The notes: generated from the sequence alone by a model not told the origin. Positions 40,516 through 50,966 are shown, numbered from the stretch's first letter. The stretch: DNA of 64,000 nt from Candidatus Doudnabacteria bacterium RIFCSPHIGHO2_01_FULL_46_24 (GCA_001777575.1 MFEL01000010.1:20661-84660), one strand, 5' to 3'. Numbers and translations: made by a program.

Positions 40516-42168
40516 ATGAGCTTGCTTAACACAAAAACGAAAATTGCCCTCATCTTTGCGGCTGTCGGTTTAATTCTTTATGCCAACAGCTTAAATAACC
40601 AAATGTTTTGGGATGACCAGGACATCATCCTTAACAACCAGTATGTCCAAAATTTCGATTGGCCGAAGTTTTTCAGCGAAAACCAGATCGCGGGCGCGGG
40701 GCTTACCAGCAACTACTGGCGGCCGCTGATGCTGACGGCGTTCTCAATTGAGTGGCAGCTCTGGAATGACTGGGCTCCCGGATACCACTTGATAAATCTC
40801 TTATTGCACATCGCCAATACTATCTTACTGTACAGTATTACAGTAAGGTTATTTCGCTTGCCCTGGGTTTCTTTTCTGACAAGCTTAATCTTCCTCATCC
40901 ATCCGCTGCAGACCGAGGCGGTCACCTATGTCTCCGGCCTGGCCGATGTGCTTTCAACTTTTTTTATTTTCTTAGGCATATTATTTTACTGCAAATTTCG
41001 GCTTACCCAAAATAGCGGTCACAATTTTAGGTACTTCCATAAATACTACGGTTACACTTTACTTTGCTATATCGCAGCTATACTTTCCAAAGACACGGCT
41101 GTGGTTATGCCGGCCATGCTGGCCCTGACAGATTTTTTTGCCCTGCCCTCAGAGCTTACGGTCAAGCAACGTCTGTTCAAAGTTGTCAAAAATATCTGGC
41201 CATTTTTCCTGCTGGCCGGCCTCTACCTGCTTCTGCGCGCCACCGCGCTTAACTTCAGCAACACCTTCAATGTTTATGGCGAAGAAAATCTGTTTACGGA
41301 AAATTTTGGCGTCCGGCTGCTGGCTTTCTTCCGCGCCATGGCAATTTATTTCCAACTTTTGTTTTGGCCGAATAATCTGCATATGGAGCGCGGCTTCGAC
41401 ATTCCCCACAACCTACTCATTCCGGACGTCTTTGTTGGGGGCTTACTCGTCTTTGGCCTAATAACCGCGGCCTTTTTATGCATCAAAAAATACCCAATCA
41501 TAAGTTTTGGGATTTTCTGGTTCTTCATCCGCCTGTTTCCCAATTCCAACCTCCTCATTCCGAATTCGGGCCTGATTTACGAGCATTGGATGTACGTGCC
41601 GATGATTGGAATATTTTTGGTCATGTCTTATCTTGCGTTAAATGTAGCGGAGGCCTTTAGGCCTCCATTATGGAAACCTAAAGGTTTCCGCTACATACTT
41701 GCATTGCTGCTTATATTCTATCTCGCGATTTTGGGCAAAAAAACCATTGCCCGCAACAATGACTGGCAAGACCCAATCACTTTTTACAACCAAACGCTTA
41801 AGTATTCCCAAACTTATCGCGTCTTAAACAACCTCGGTATGGCCTATGCCGACGCCAAGCTGTCTGCCGAAGCGATTGAAACTTACCAAAAAGCCATCAA
41901 CCTGGACGCCCACAACGCCGTGGCTTACCACAACCTCGGCAACTCCTATAAAGAAATTGGCAACCGCGGGCAGGCGGTCAAAAACTTCGAAACCGCCATC
42001 GAAAAGCAGCCTGATTTCTTCTTCTCTTACTACGCGCTCGCTCAGCTCTATCTGGACGAAAAAAACTATGCCTCGGCAATCAGTGTTCTTGAAAAATTAC
42101 AGAAGTTAAATCCAGCAGACCAGAAAATAGCGAGGTTAATTGAACAAATAAAAAGGCTCCGCAAATAG
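40516..42168 (+). CDS. GT-C membrane glycosyltransferase with TPR repeats (TMTC-like)
   Basis: FWDD...I..N, YWRPL, HPLQTEAV, multiple TMs, C-terminal TPRs. Confidence 0.85.
   Translation: MSLLNTKTKIALIFAAVGLILYANSLNNQMFWDDQDIILNNQYVQNFDWPKFFSENQIAGAGLTSNYWRPLMLTAFSIEWQLWNDWAPGYHLINLLLHIANTILLYSITVRLFRLPWVSFLTSLIFLIHPLQTEAVTYVSGLADVLSTFFIFLGILFYCKFRLTQNSGHNFRYFHKYYGYTLLCYIAAILSKDTAVVMPAMLALTDFFALPSELTVKQRLFKVVKNIWPFFLLAGLYLLLRATALNFSNTFNVYGEENLFTENFGVRLLAFFRAMAIYFQLLFWPNNLHMERGFDIPHNLLIPDVFVGGLLVFGLITAAFLCIKKYPIISFGIFWFFIRLFPNSNLLIPNSGLIYEHWMYVPMIGIFLVMSYLALNVAEAFRPPLWKPKGFRYILALLLIFYLAILGKKTIARNNDWQDPITFYNQTLKYSQTYRVLNNLGMAYADAKLSAEAIETYQKAINLDAHNAVAYHNLGNSYKEIGNRGQAVKNFETAIEKQPDFFFSYYALAQLYLDEKNYASAISVLEKLQKLNPADQKIARLIEQIKRLRK
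41642..41696. repeat. GTAG-type REP doublet (REPIN-like) inserted in frame in the TMTC-like gene
   Basis: ATGTAGCGGAGGCCTTTAGGCCTCC...GGAAACCTAAAGGTTTCCGCTACAT. Confidence 0.7.
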
Positions 42169-42180
42169 TGGAAATTTTTG

Positions 42181-42208
42181 TGTCATCCTGAACTTGTTTC
42201 AGGATCTA
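42181..42208. repeat. REP-like palindrome TGTCATCCTGAACTTGTTTCAGGATCTA between convergent genes
   Basis: ATCCTGAA/TTCAGGAT stem. Confidence 0.6.
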
Positions 42209-42646
42209 TCCCCAGAGCGCGAGGATGACTCCAAACATGAGCAACTGGACCAGGTAATATCCGCTGTTTAAGCTCCACAACTTCCAGCTCTTCTGGCCCC
42301 AAAGCACATCGCTCATGGTCACAGGCAGCACAAACCCCAGCCACATCCAGAAGCCGGTGGAAAGCCCGGCGGCATATCCTTCGACATTCATATACGAACT
42401 GGCAAACACCAGCGCGTGCGCCAAAACATAGGCCATAACCAATGCTCCGACAAATGACAAAGCATAGCTTTTGATCATACCCTTTTTGGCTTCAGCCATT
42501 TGCTCCGGATTCATCTTGTCCCAGCCCATCAAACGCATCCACATTTTGCCGAACACCGGCCCGTACCACAAAGAACCCAAGGCAATGCTGACCACTCCAC
42601 AAACCAGCACGGCCCAATAATTCAAAGGCACTGCTTGCATATACAT
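42206..42646 (-). CDS. DUF1761-like membrane protein
   Basis: NYWAVL, LG.LWYGP.FGK.WM, W.GF..P. Confidence 0.8.
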   Translation of the reverse strand: MYMQAVPLNYWAVLVCGVVSIALGSLWYGPVFGKMWMRLMGWDKMNPEQMAEAKKGMIKSYALSFVGALVMAYVLAHALVFASSYMNVEGYAAGLSTGFWMWLGFVLPVTMSDVLWGQKSWKLWSLNSGYYLVQLLMFGVILALWG

Positions 42647-42785
42647 TTCCTTATTTAATAATCTGCTTTAATTATACATCCCAATTAAATCCCGGCCAAC
42701 TTAGCTATGGTGTTCATGTGCTCAATATACTACAATCAAATTATTCCAGTACTTACTACGGACATAACAAGGAGGTAAAAACGGA

Positions 42786-44162
42786 ATGTGCGCCATATTT
42801 GGCATCACAGGAACCAATACAGCGGCTAACAGCGCATTCTTCGGTTTGCACGCCATGCAACACCGAGGACAGGAATCCGCAGGCATCGCCAGTCACGACG
42901 GCGAACTGATCCACAAGGTCGCCGGCATGGGGTATGTCGATGACGTTTTCCCCGATGAAAAAGTCCTCGGCACCCTGACAGGCAAAACCGCCATCGGCCA
43001 TACCCGCTACTCGACTACCGGCACCAGCCGGCTCAAGAACGCCCAGCCGTTCGAAATCAAATGCAAGCACGGGCGGTTCGCAATCGCCCACAACGGAAAC
43101 CTGACGAACACCGACGCGCTGCGAGCAGATCTGGAAGGGGAAGGAGCTATCTTCCAGACCGAATCCGACACTGAGGTCATTCTTCACCTCTATGCCCGCG
43201 CAAACGCCACCAACTCCCAGGAAGCCATCATCCGGGCTTTGACCCAGGTCGAAGGCTCATACGCGCTGGTGATGTTGACTCCTGACGGACTGGTCGCAGC
43301 TCGCGACCCGAGGGGTTTCAAGCCCCTGGTCATCGGCAGGCTCGATGATTCATGGATCGTGGCTTCCGAAACCTGCGCCCTCGATATCCTGGAGGCGAAA
43401 TACGTGCGCGATGTTGAGCGCGGAGAAATCGTGTTCTTCACCGCAAACGGCATGCCCAAGAGCATCCGCCCCTTCGGCAAGCTTCCACCACAAGCCGCCT
43501 GCATCTTTGAGCACGTTTACTTCGCACGGCCCGACAGCTACATTTTCGGCAACGCCAGCGTTTCGGTCCACCGACAGCGGTTCGGATATTTGCTGGCAAA
43601 ACAGTCTCCGGCGGATGCCGACATCGTGGCTGCAGTGCCGGATTCGGGAGTCCATGCGGCATTAGGCTTCGCCGAAGGCTCAGGCCTTCCCTACAAAGTC
43701 GCGCTGACCCGCAACCACTATGTCGGCAGGACATTCATCAACCCCTCCGGGGACGGCCGCAGGATCGGGGTGCGGATGAAGCTCAATCCCATTCGCAGCG
43801 TGGTCGAAGGCAAGCGCATCGTGCTTGTGGATGACTCCATCGTCCGCGGCATTACCAGCCGCAAGATCGTTCGTCTGGTCAAAACGGCCGGAGCGAAGGA
43901 AGTCCATGTGCGGATCAGCTGCCCGCCAACGATCGCGCCGTGCCACTACGGCATCGACACCCCTGATTTCAACGAACTGATTGCGTCGAGCAACAGCGTT
44001 GAGGAAATCTGCCGCTTCATCGAAGCCGACAGCTTGGCGTATCTTAAGCTCGATGCAACTCTGGCGGCAGTGGATGGTACGGAAGGAGGTTTCTGCACCG
44101 CTTGCTATACCGGCGACTACCCTGTTCTGCCCCACGGCGCCATTCCGCTTCGACCCGCTTAG
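42786..44162 (+). CDS. purF: Amidophosphoribosyltransferase
   Basis: N-terminal Cys, QHRGQESAGI, GHTRYST, HNGNL, VDDSIVRG, Fe-S cysteines. Confidence 0.95.
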   Translation: MCAIFGITGTNTAANSAFFGLHAMQHRGQESAGIASHDGELIHKVAGMGYVDDVFPDEKVLGTLTGKTAIGHTRYSTTGTSRLKNAQPFEIKCKHGRFAIAHNGNLTNTDALRADLEGEGAIFQTESDTEVILHLYARANATNSQEAIIRALTQVEGSYALVMLTPDGLVAARDPRGFKPLVIGRLDDSWIVASETCALDILEAKYVRDVERGEIVFFTANGMPKSIRPFGKLPPQAACIFEHVYFARPDSYIFGNASVSVHRQRFGYLLAKQSPADADIVAAVPDSGVHAALGFAEGSGLPYKVALTRNHYVGRTFINPSGDGRRIGVRMKLNPIRSVVEGKRIVLVDDSIVRGITSRKIVRLVKTAGAKEVHVRISCPPTIAPCHYGIDTPDFNELIASSNSVEEICRFIEADSLAYLKLDATLAAVDGTEGGFCTACYTGDYPVLPHGAIPLRPA

Positions 44163-44586
44163 GCAAATCGCCCAGCTGGTCTTTTTTTATGCGAAAAAAA
44201 AGGCTTCCAAACAGGCGGAAGCCGGGGTAACGAACAAAACGTGGTTGGGATCAGGCTCGCGGCCGGAGGCCGCGTATGGGTATGGGACCATACGCTAGGC
44301 GCTGATCAAACGCCATGAAAGCCACAAGCCCGACCCCTTCCACGGGCTGCAAGAGCAGGATCACAGGCTCTAATGAAAGACGCTTAAGCGGCAACTTGAG
44401 CGTCCGAGCCACAATCGATTCAGTAAGAAGGCTGGTGTGGCCTTGGAACAACGCTTATGGTCGGGCATATGAACCCTCCACAAACTTGGGCAGTTCCTCG
44501 CCGCCCTAAGTCCCATGCCGCCTTCTCGCTTTCGCAGCCACGCTTAAAGTCACTTGGGGCGGGGTTGCCATCGTGACTCGAAAATC

Positions 44587-44796
44587 CTAGAGCAGCGGGT
44601 CGAACGGCTCATCAGTCGCATCAGTGATGCTCTGTCGCATCCCTTCCCCGGAACGCAGCTGTCCTGTCAGATCCGGAGTCGCAGCAGCGTCTGACTGGTT
44701 CCTCCGATCAGCCAAGACCTGGGCATATGCGATCCTGCGATGGGTCGCGAGCCACTCATCGATTTCCGCGCGCCTGTAGTTATTCGCGTCACTCAT
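44587..44796 (-). CDS. Small hypothetical protein
   Basis: GGAGG SD before ATG; 69 aa. Confidence 0.4.
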   Translation of the reverse strand: MSDANNYRRAEIDEWLATHRRIAYAQVLADRRNQSDAAATPDLTGQLRSGEGMRQSITDATDEPFDPLL

Positions 44797-44998
44797 TCGA
44801 TTCCTCCATCAAAGTGCTTCAAGCATAACAAAAAATTCAAGCCAACGCAAAATCCCCGTCAAATTTCCAGTACCTGGTAAGAGGTAATGTTTTCAACTTA
44901 AACACTAAAACGATCCATATGCAGAATCAATTAGATATTTATTAAAATAAAAAAGCAAGAGCCTTGAGCCTTGCTGAAAACGAAGGTCGCCTTTATGT

Positions 44999-45309
44999 CT
45001 ATGGAATTTCGACCGGTTCGGCGCGCTGCGCGAGATGGAGAAAGCGTTCCTCGGACGGGTGTAAGCAGATGCACACGACGCCATTATCACCAACCTGTGC
45101 GTACTCGGGGGTGAAGAGGAAGCGAAAGAAATAGGAGCTGACGAGAATTACAGCGTCCCAACGCACGCTTTTGTCAGAGGGCACATGGAACATGAATTCG
45201 AACACTCTCCTCCCCTCGCAAGCGTCAAATGCCCTGCGTCGAACACAATAGCCGTTACTCCCGATGTGTCATCAACGGCATCCGCTATCTTCTGTGCAGT
45301 CTGAGTCAT
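44999..45309 (-). pseudogene. Hypothetical gene, probably frameshifted
   Basis: AAGGAGG SD and ATG 45309; overlapping second frame (44999-45205) continues to TAG. Confidence 0.4.
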
Positions 45310-45380
45310 GTTTCCTCCTTGTGTCATTGATAGTATACCCTTGAATCATTAGGCAAAAACAGATAAAATAATACCGCTAT

Positions 45381-45454
45381 TCCGGGATCGTCTAACGGTA
45401 GGACGGCGGACTCTGAATCCGCTAATCTTGGTTCGAATCCAAGTCCCGGAGCCA
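45381..45454 (+). tRNA. tRNA-Gln(CTG)
   Basis: TCCGGGA/TCCCGGA acceptor stem, GCGGA-CT-CTG-AA-TCCGC anticodon arm, GGTTCGAATCC, encoded CCA. Confidence 0.95.
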
Positions 45455-45457
45455 AAA

Positions 45458-45484
45458 AAAAATCCCGCCAAGGCGGGACTTTTG
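45458..45484. terminator. Bidirectional terminator
   Basis: AAAATCCCGCC-AA-GGCGGGACTTTT. Confidence 0.75.
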
Positions 45485-45489
45485 CGTTT

Positions 45490-46092
45490 TTAGAACCCCA
45501 AAACTTCGTTGACGAAAATCAGGTGGATCCGGCCGGGTTTGACTTCTTTGTTGATGATCAAAAGTTTGCTGACGTTGGAACCCATGCCATAGGCTTTCTG
45601 AGCTCGGGCGTCTTCCAGAGGCAAAACATACTCGTGGATTCTTTTTATTCCCTCATCCACATTGGCTACTATTTTTTGAGCGCCCACAACCCAAATCACA
45701 TGATCCGCGCCGTAGACATATGAAGGAAGCTGGCTGCCGGTGTTGGACGCGATCAAAACACTGCCGTCCATAGTTACGGCATGCACCGAACCTATGGTCC
45801 ATTCTGGCGCTGCCCCTGATTTTTGCTTTTCCCTTTGGCTCTGGTCTTTAAACTTTGCTCTGGCGGGATTATATTTGCTTGAGCCATTGATCTCGTCTGC
45901 AATGCCAAGGGTACTCAAAGTAACGGAGGTTTGGGTCATAATATCCGCGCCTTCCGGCAGCAATTCAAACACCCGCCGTTTGGCATCAGCGCCTATCTCC
46001 ACAAACTCCGCCTCAATGCCATTCTCCTTGAGGGCTTCAATTGTATTCTGGATATTTTTTTGAGATGCCAGTTTGGAATATTCTTTCAACAT
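45490..46092 (-). CDS. LUD-domain (LutC/YkgG-like) protein
   Basis: GSVHAVT.DG....ASNTGSQL, VIWVVGAQKIV. Confidence 0.82.
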   Translation of the reverse strand: MLKEYSKLASQKNIQNTIEALKENGIEAEFVEIGADAKRRVFELLPEGADIMTQTSVTLSTLGIADEINGSSKYNPARAKFKDQSQREKQKSGAAPEWTIGSVHAVTMDGSVLIASNTGSQLPSYVYGADHVIWVVGAQKIVANVDEGIKRIHEYVLPLEDARAQKAYGMGSNVSKLLIINKEVKPGRIHLIFVNEVLGF

Positions 46093-46160
46093 ATTTTTTC
46101 TTTCTTATATTAGTTATTTTTTAGAAATTTCATATATCAATCTCGTACAAACTGTTCACT

Positions 46161-46188
46161 TACTACCATGATACTTATCATGGTAGTA
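46161..46188. promoter_or_regulatory. Perfect 28-bp operator-like palindrome TACTACCATGATA-CT-TATCATGGTAGTA
   Basis: 13-bp perfect arms; two further copies in window. Confidence 0.75.
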
Positions 46189-46206
46189 TTAACCCGAAAA
46201 ATTAAA

Positions 46207-46716
46207 TCATTGAGTAAGTAACTTATTTAACTCTGATGTCAAATGGGTTTTAGTTCTTAGCTGCTCAACAACCTTTAAGAGCCGCTGTTTTTCTCGCTTC
46301 TTAGCAGATTTTATAATCTCTTTCAAAAGCAGTTCTGGCCAAAAATACATCGGGTACTTCTTTTTAAGCTGGGAGTAGGGTTTGGCCAGTTCATCATCTG
46401 ACTTATTCCTGCTAGCGCATCTTTTAATAACTTCGCGATAGCCGTCTCCATAAAGCTCCAACCATGTTTGCACTCGCGCGATCGTGCCGGGGCCTGCCTT
46501 CAACCTTGACCTGATTTGATCATAGGTCAGGCCTTCGATCAGAAGTTCTGCTATTTGCAGGCGTCTAGCCAGCATTAATACTTCGACTTCAGAAAGTAAA
46601 TCCCTCAAAAAGTTGGCTGCTTCTTGGGAACTGTGCAGCGTTGTGATTGCTTTCGCAAGTTTGATAAAAAGTTCGTTCTGCTCCTGCTTCTTTAATTTAT
46701 ATTTCAAATTATGCAT
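46207..46716 (-). CDS. TrpR-like (YerC/YecD) transcriptional regulator
   Basis: FLRDLLS..E..MLARRLQIA.LL..G.TY..I.......TIARV. Confidence 0.85.
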   Translation of the reverse strand: MHNLKYKLKKQEQNELFIKLAKAITTLHSSQEAANFLRDLLSEVEVLMLARRLQIAELLIEGLTYDQIRSRLKAGPGTIARVQTWLELYGDGYREVIKRCASRNKSDDELAKPYSQLKKKYPMYFWPELLLKEIIKSAKKREKQRLLKVVEQLRTKTHLTSELNKLLTQ

Positions 46717-46717
46717 A

Positions 46718-46753
46718 TGCTACCATGATACTTATGATGGTAGTATTTGTCAA
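46718..46753 (-). promoter_or_regulatory. Promoter TTGACA-17-TATCAT overlapped by the 28-bp palindrome; leaderless transcript
   Basis: -35 at 46753-46748, -10 at 46730-46725, ATG at 46716. Confidence 0.75.
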
Positions 46754-46875
46754 ACAATAAAATAGCTATTTGAATAAAATGTTATTTTCCAGTAAGCTTA
46801 AGCCTAAGAACTTATTATAAGTGGAATAATGTCATCCTGATGTGTTATAATTGATAATACTATTATTTTTTTATT

Positions 46876-48876
46876 ATGCTCACAGAAACAAGTATTGTTT
46901 GGTTTGCAATTATCGCAGGCTTAGCCGCGATTGTTTATGGGTTCATTCTTACGCGGCTGGTCTTGAAAAAACCGTCGGGTGACGACAAAATGCGCTCCAT
47001 CGCCGCGGCCATCCAGGAAGGCGCATCTGCTTACCTTACGCGGCAATACAAAACCGTGGGGACAGTCGCAGCCGTGCTGGCGGTTTTGATTTATTTCTTT
47101 TTCAACATCCAGACCGCACTTGGTTTTTTGCTGGGAGCTATAGCTTCTGCCCTGGCTGGCTTCATCGGAATGTACGTGGCTGTGCGCGCCAATGTCCGAA
47201 CTGCCGAGGCGGCCAAAGTCGGATTGAAACCGGCTTTTGCCCTGGCTTTCAAGGGTGGTGCTGTAACCGGCTTGTTTGTGGTGGGTTTGGGGCTTCTGGC
47301 CGTGACTTTGTTTTTCGAATGGACGAATCATGATATCCCGCCCTTGATCGGCCTAGGTTTTGGCGCCAGCTTGATTTCAGTGTTTGCGCGCTTAGGCGGC
47401 GGCATCTTTACCAAAGGTGCGGATGTGGGCGCGGACTTGGTGGGTAAAATTGAAGCCGGGATTCCGGAAGATGACCCCAGAAACCCGGCCGTGATCGCGG
47501 ACAATGTCGGTGATAACGTCGGCGATGACGCGGGTATGGCCGCTGACCTTTTTGAGACCTATGCCGTGACCACGATTGCCGCCATGATTTTGGGCAGCAT
47601 CTTGTTTAGCAATAATGAAGTCTTTGTGCTTTATCCCCTGGCTCTGGGTGCAGTGTCCATATTCGCCTCAATTATTGGCAGCTTCTTTGTCAGGCTCACA
47701 GGCAAAGCCATTATGACCGCATTATACAAAGGCTTGGCCGTTTCGGGAGTCTTAGCTGCCATCGGCTTCTACTGGGTCACCAAAAGCTTATTTATCCCCT
47801 TCTTTAGCCAGAGCTTGTTTTATTCAACGCTGGTCGGCTTAGGAGTGACAGCGCTGATGGTTGTCATTACCGAATATTACACTTCCAAAAAATTCAAACC
47901 AGTCAAGTCAATTGCCCAGGCTTCCACCACAGGCCACGGCACCAATATCATCACGGGCCTGGCAGTTTCGATGCAGTCAACGGCTCTGCCGGTGCTGACG
48001 ATCGTTGCCGGAGTCATGCTCTCTTATCATTTCGGAGGCATTTACGGTTCAGCCATTGCCGTAGTTTCCATGCTCTCCATGGCTGGCATAATCGTAGCCA
48101 TAGACGCATTTGGGCCGATTACCGATAATGCCGGCGGAATCGCGGAAATGGCCGGACTGCCTGAGAACGTCCGACAATCAACGGATGCCTTGGATGCCGT
48201 GGGTAATACTACCAAAGCTGTGACCAAAGGTTATGCCATTGCCTCGGCCGGACTGGCTGCCGTCGTTTTATTCGCTTCATACACCGAGGAGCTTAAGCGC
48301 CTTGGGCAGAATTTAACTTTTGACCTTTCTGACGTGCAAGTGCTGGCCGGCTTGATCATCGGCGGCCTACTCCCCTATCTGTTCGCTTCCATGGCCATGC
48401 AGGCCGTGGGCAAAGCCGGGCACGCGGTGGTGGAGGAAGTCCGCAGACAATTCAAAGAAATTCCCGGCATTATGGAAGGCACCAGCAAACCTGATTACGG
48501 CAAAGCCGTGGACATTGTGACCAAAGCCGCAATCAAGGAAATGGTTATCCCCGCTTTGCTTCCGGTGGTGGTGCCAATCTTGGTCGCTGTGATTCCGTTT
48601 CTCGGTTTGAAAGCTCTCGGTGGTGTATTGGTTGGCTCAATCGTCACAGGACTTTTCGTCGCCATTTCTATGACCTCAGGCGGCGCGGCCTGGGACAATG
48701 CCAAAAAATTTATAGAGGAAGGTAACTTTGGCGGCAAGAAATCTTTTGCCCACCAAGCGGCCGTAACCGGCGACACTGTCGGCGACCCGTACAAAGACAC
48801 GGCCGGCCCAGCGATTAACCCCATGATTAAGATCATAAATATCGTCGCACTGCTAATTATCGGATTGCTGGTCTAA
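46876..48876 (+). CDS. hppA: Membrane pyrophosphatase, K+-independent signature
   Basis: [40 protein letters not shown]. Confidence 0.95.
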   Translation: MLTETSIVWFAIIAGLAAIVYGFILTRLVLKKPSGDDKMRSIAAAIQEGASAYLTRQYKTVGTVAAVLAVLIYFFFNIQTALGFLLGAIASALAGFIGMYVAVRANVRTAEAAKVGLKPAFALAFKGGAVTGLFVVGLGLLAVTLFFEWTNHDIPPLIGLGFGASLISVFARLGGGIFTKGADVGADLVGKIEAGIPEDDPRNPAVIADNVGDNVGDDAGMAADLFETYAVTTIAAMILGSILFSNNEVFVLYPLALGAVSIFASIIGSFFVRLTGKAIMTALYKGLAVSGVLAAIGFYWVTKSLFIPFFSQSLFYSTLVGLGVTALMVVITEYYTSKKFKPVKSIAQASTTGHGTNIITGLAVSMQSTALPVLTIVAGVMLSYHFGGIYGSAIAVVSMLSMAGIIVAIDAFGPITDNAGGIAEMAGLPENVRQSTDALDAVGNTTKAVTKGYAIASAGLAAVVLFASYTEELKRLGQNLTFDLSDVQVLAGLIIGGLLPYLFASMAMQAVGKAGHAVVEEVRRQFKEIPGIMEGTSKPDYGKAVDIVTKAAIKEMVIPALLPVVVPILVAVIPFLGLKALGGVLVGSIVTGLFVAISMTSGGAAWDNAKKFIEEGNFGGKKSFAHQAAVTGDTVGDPYKDTAGPAINPMIKIINIVALLIIGLLV

Positions 48877-48882
48877 AAAACC

Positions 48883-48914
48883 TTCAACGCCTCATATGCA
48901 TGTGAGGCGTTGAA
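48883..48914. repeat. Palindrome TTCAACGCCTCA-N8-TGAGGCGTTGAA
   Basis: Same core and spacer length as 7183-7214. Confidence 0.6.
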
Positions 48915-48967
48915 TTTTGTCGTATTTTCGGGTATGCTTATGTTATTCCAAGCCCAAGGAGGCTTCT

Positions 48968-49399
48968 ATGAGACAGCGGGTTATTCCCACTGTAAGTCAA
49001 CAGCAAAGGCTGGTTCTTGACCAGGATTGCGCCATCGGAATCATTCCTCGCCCTGGGACATGCCGCGCACTCGAACTGGTCATCCATCACGGCATGATTT
49101 ATCCGGCTCTCATCCTGCGCCGAAGCCGGTACAGCAAGCTGATTGTGTTTGACCAGGCCTTCTCCGGTTTGGATACAAAGGAAGCCCGAGCCCGCTTCCT
49201 AGAAAGCACCGTTATCCGATTCGACGAAGGCGAACCGGGGGCCGATATCTGCATTCTCCTCAACTTCGACGACCAGTGGCTGGAACAGTGGGTTTCTCCA
49301 GACTCACTCAAGCTGTTCCTTGCAAACGAAAACGACGTCCCGCCTATGCACCCGGCACGAGCCTCCGACCTCGAAGATTCAGCATTCGCGTTCTGCTGA
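48968..49399 (+). CDS. Hypothetical protein
   Basis: AAGGAGG SD; 143-aa ORF. Confidence 0.55.
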   Translation: MRQRVIPTVSQQQRLVLDQDCAIGIIPRPGTCRALELVIHHGMIYPALILRRSRYSKLIVFDQAFSGLDTKEARARFLESTVIRFDEGEPGADICILLNFDDQWLEQWVSPDSLKLFLANENDVPPMHPARASDLEDSAFAFC

Positions 49400-49485
49400 T
49401 GCTAGACTTTTTGGGGTTATTTTTTTCGCAAACGATATTATACTTTTTTGCCCGTACGAGCAGAAAGGTATAATATCAAAAACCG

Positions 49486-50697
49486 CTAAAAAACTTTATC
49501 TATCACTCCGCCGCCCAGAAGCTCATCGCCCTGGTAAATCACCGCTGCCTGCCCAGGTGTTATCGCCCTCTGGGGTTGATCAAAGACTATTTTTAATCTG
49601 TTTTCTGTTTCCTGTTTACTGATTACTGCTGGATAATTCAGATGATGATACCGGATGCTAACCCCGGCTTCCAACGAAAACTCAGGAACATTGCCTACCC
49701 AACTGACATCAGTAATCGTAAATTCTTTTTTCCAGAGCTGGGGATCGTTCTGATCATTACTTACAAACAGCCGGTTAGTTTCAAAGTCCTTATTGACGAC
49801 GTAATAAGGACCATCGCCGCCCAAACCCATGCCCTCTCTTTGGCCGATCGTATAATAGGGCAAACCATCATGCTGCCCGATTACCTGGCCTGAAGTAGCA
49901 ACTATCTCTCCTGCTACGGCCGGGATTTTTTCTTTCAAAAATTCTCTGACATTAATTTTGCCGATGAAACAAATCCCTTGGGAATCTTTTTTGGCATAAT
50001 TGGGCAATCCAAACTTTTTGGCTATTTGACGAACTTTTGACTTCTTGTATTCCCCTATCGGAAACAAAATTTTTGCCAGCTGTTCTTGTTTCAAAGTGTA
50101 AAGAAAGTAGCTTTGGTCTTTAGCTGGGTCAATCCCTTTGCGCAATTGATAAATTTTAGGATTGCGGATTGCGGATTGCGGATTGGCTTTTAATTCGTAA
50201 TTCGTAATTCGTAATTTTTTAATTCTGGCATAATGCCCCGTCGCGACATAATCCGCGCCAAGGGATAAGGCCTTGTCCAAAAATAACTTAAATTTAATCT
50301 CGCGATTGCACATCACATCCGGATTGGGCGTCCGACCGGCTGCATATTCGCGCAAAAAATACTCCACCACTTTCTCGTAATACTCTTTTTCAAAATTCCA
50401 GACGTAAAACGAGATGTCCAAAACCTTGGCCACTTTTCTGGCATCCTCAGCGTCCTCGACCCAAGTGCAGCCAAAGTCTCCCCGCCCAGTTCTGCTGGGC
50501 GAGGCTCCCGCTCCAGAGCGAGGCTCGCTCAACTCTGTTGAGCGGCGCCCCGATTTCGGGGCGGCAAAATCCTGCGACCAATTCTTCATAAACACGCCAA
50601 TAACATCATAGCCCTGCTTCTTAAGCAAAGCTGCAGCCACGGAGGAGTCAACTCCCCCACTCATGCCCACGACAATTTTTTGCTTGGGGTTGGACAT
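49486..50697 (-). CDS. mnmA: tRNA-specific 2-thiouridylase with two in-frame repeat insertions
   Basis: MSGGVDSS, TPNPDVMCN, ATGHYAR, KDQSYFL, DSQGICF, TPGQ. Confidence 0.96.
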   Translation of the reverse strand: MSNPKQKIVVGMSGGVDSSVAAALLKKQGYDVIGVFMKNWSQDFAAPKSGRRSTELSEPRSGAGASPSRTGRGDFGCTWVEDAEDARKVAKVLDISFYVWNFEKEYYEKVVEYFLREYAAGRTPNPDVMCNREIKFKLFLDKALSLGADYVATGHYARIKKLRITNYELKANPQSAIRNPKIYQLRKGIDPAKDQSYFLYTLKQEQLAKILFPIGEYKKSKVRQIAKKFGLPNYAKKDSQGICFIGKINVREFLKEKIPAVAGEIVATSGQVIGQHDGLPYYTIGQREGMGLGGDGPYYVVNKDFETNRLFVSNDQNDPQLWKKEFTITDVSWVGNVPEFSLEAGVSIRYHHLNYPAVISKQETENRLKIVFDQPQRAITPGQAAVIYQGDELLGGGVIDKVF

Positions 50698-50746
50698 ATA
50701 ACCATCGGCGTCTAGTATAAATAAAAAAGAGTCATGCTTCAAGCAG

Positions 50747-50923
50747 CTAGGCGCCGTTTGCGATGACTTTGTTGACTTGCCCCAGGGCAACGTGCAGCGC
50801 TCTCGCGATCTCCCGCTGTGATGCTCCTCTTGCTGCCAGTTGCCTGATAGCCCGGTCTCTGCGCTTTTTGAGTCGCATCAACTCTCTACGGAAATTGAAC
50901 TCCATGCTCGTCTCTAATGCCAT
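50747..50923 (-). CDS. Small HTH DNA-binding protein
   Basis: AAGGAGG SD; G.SQREIARAL.V....V. Confidence 0.6.
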   Translation of the reverse strand: MALETSMEFNFRRELMRLKKRRDRAIRQLAARGASQREIARALHVALGQVNKVIANGA

Positions 50924-50966
50924 GTTCACCCTCCTTCAGAATCATGGCTATGTTAGCAGATTATTC

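Noticed and set aside
44200-44590. Possible gene(s) downstream of purF
   Set aside because: Several short overlapping frames with no clear start or motif; no call is supportable.
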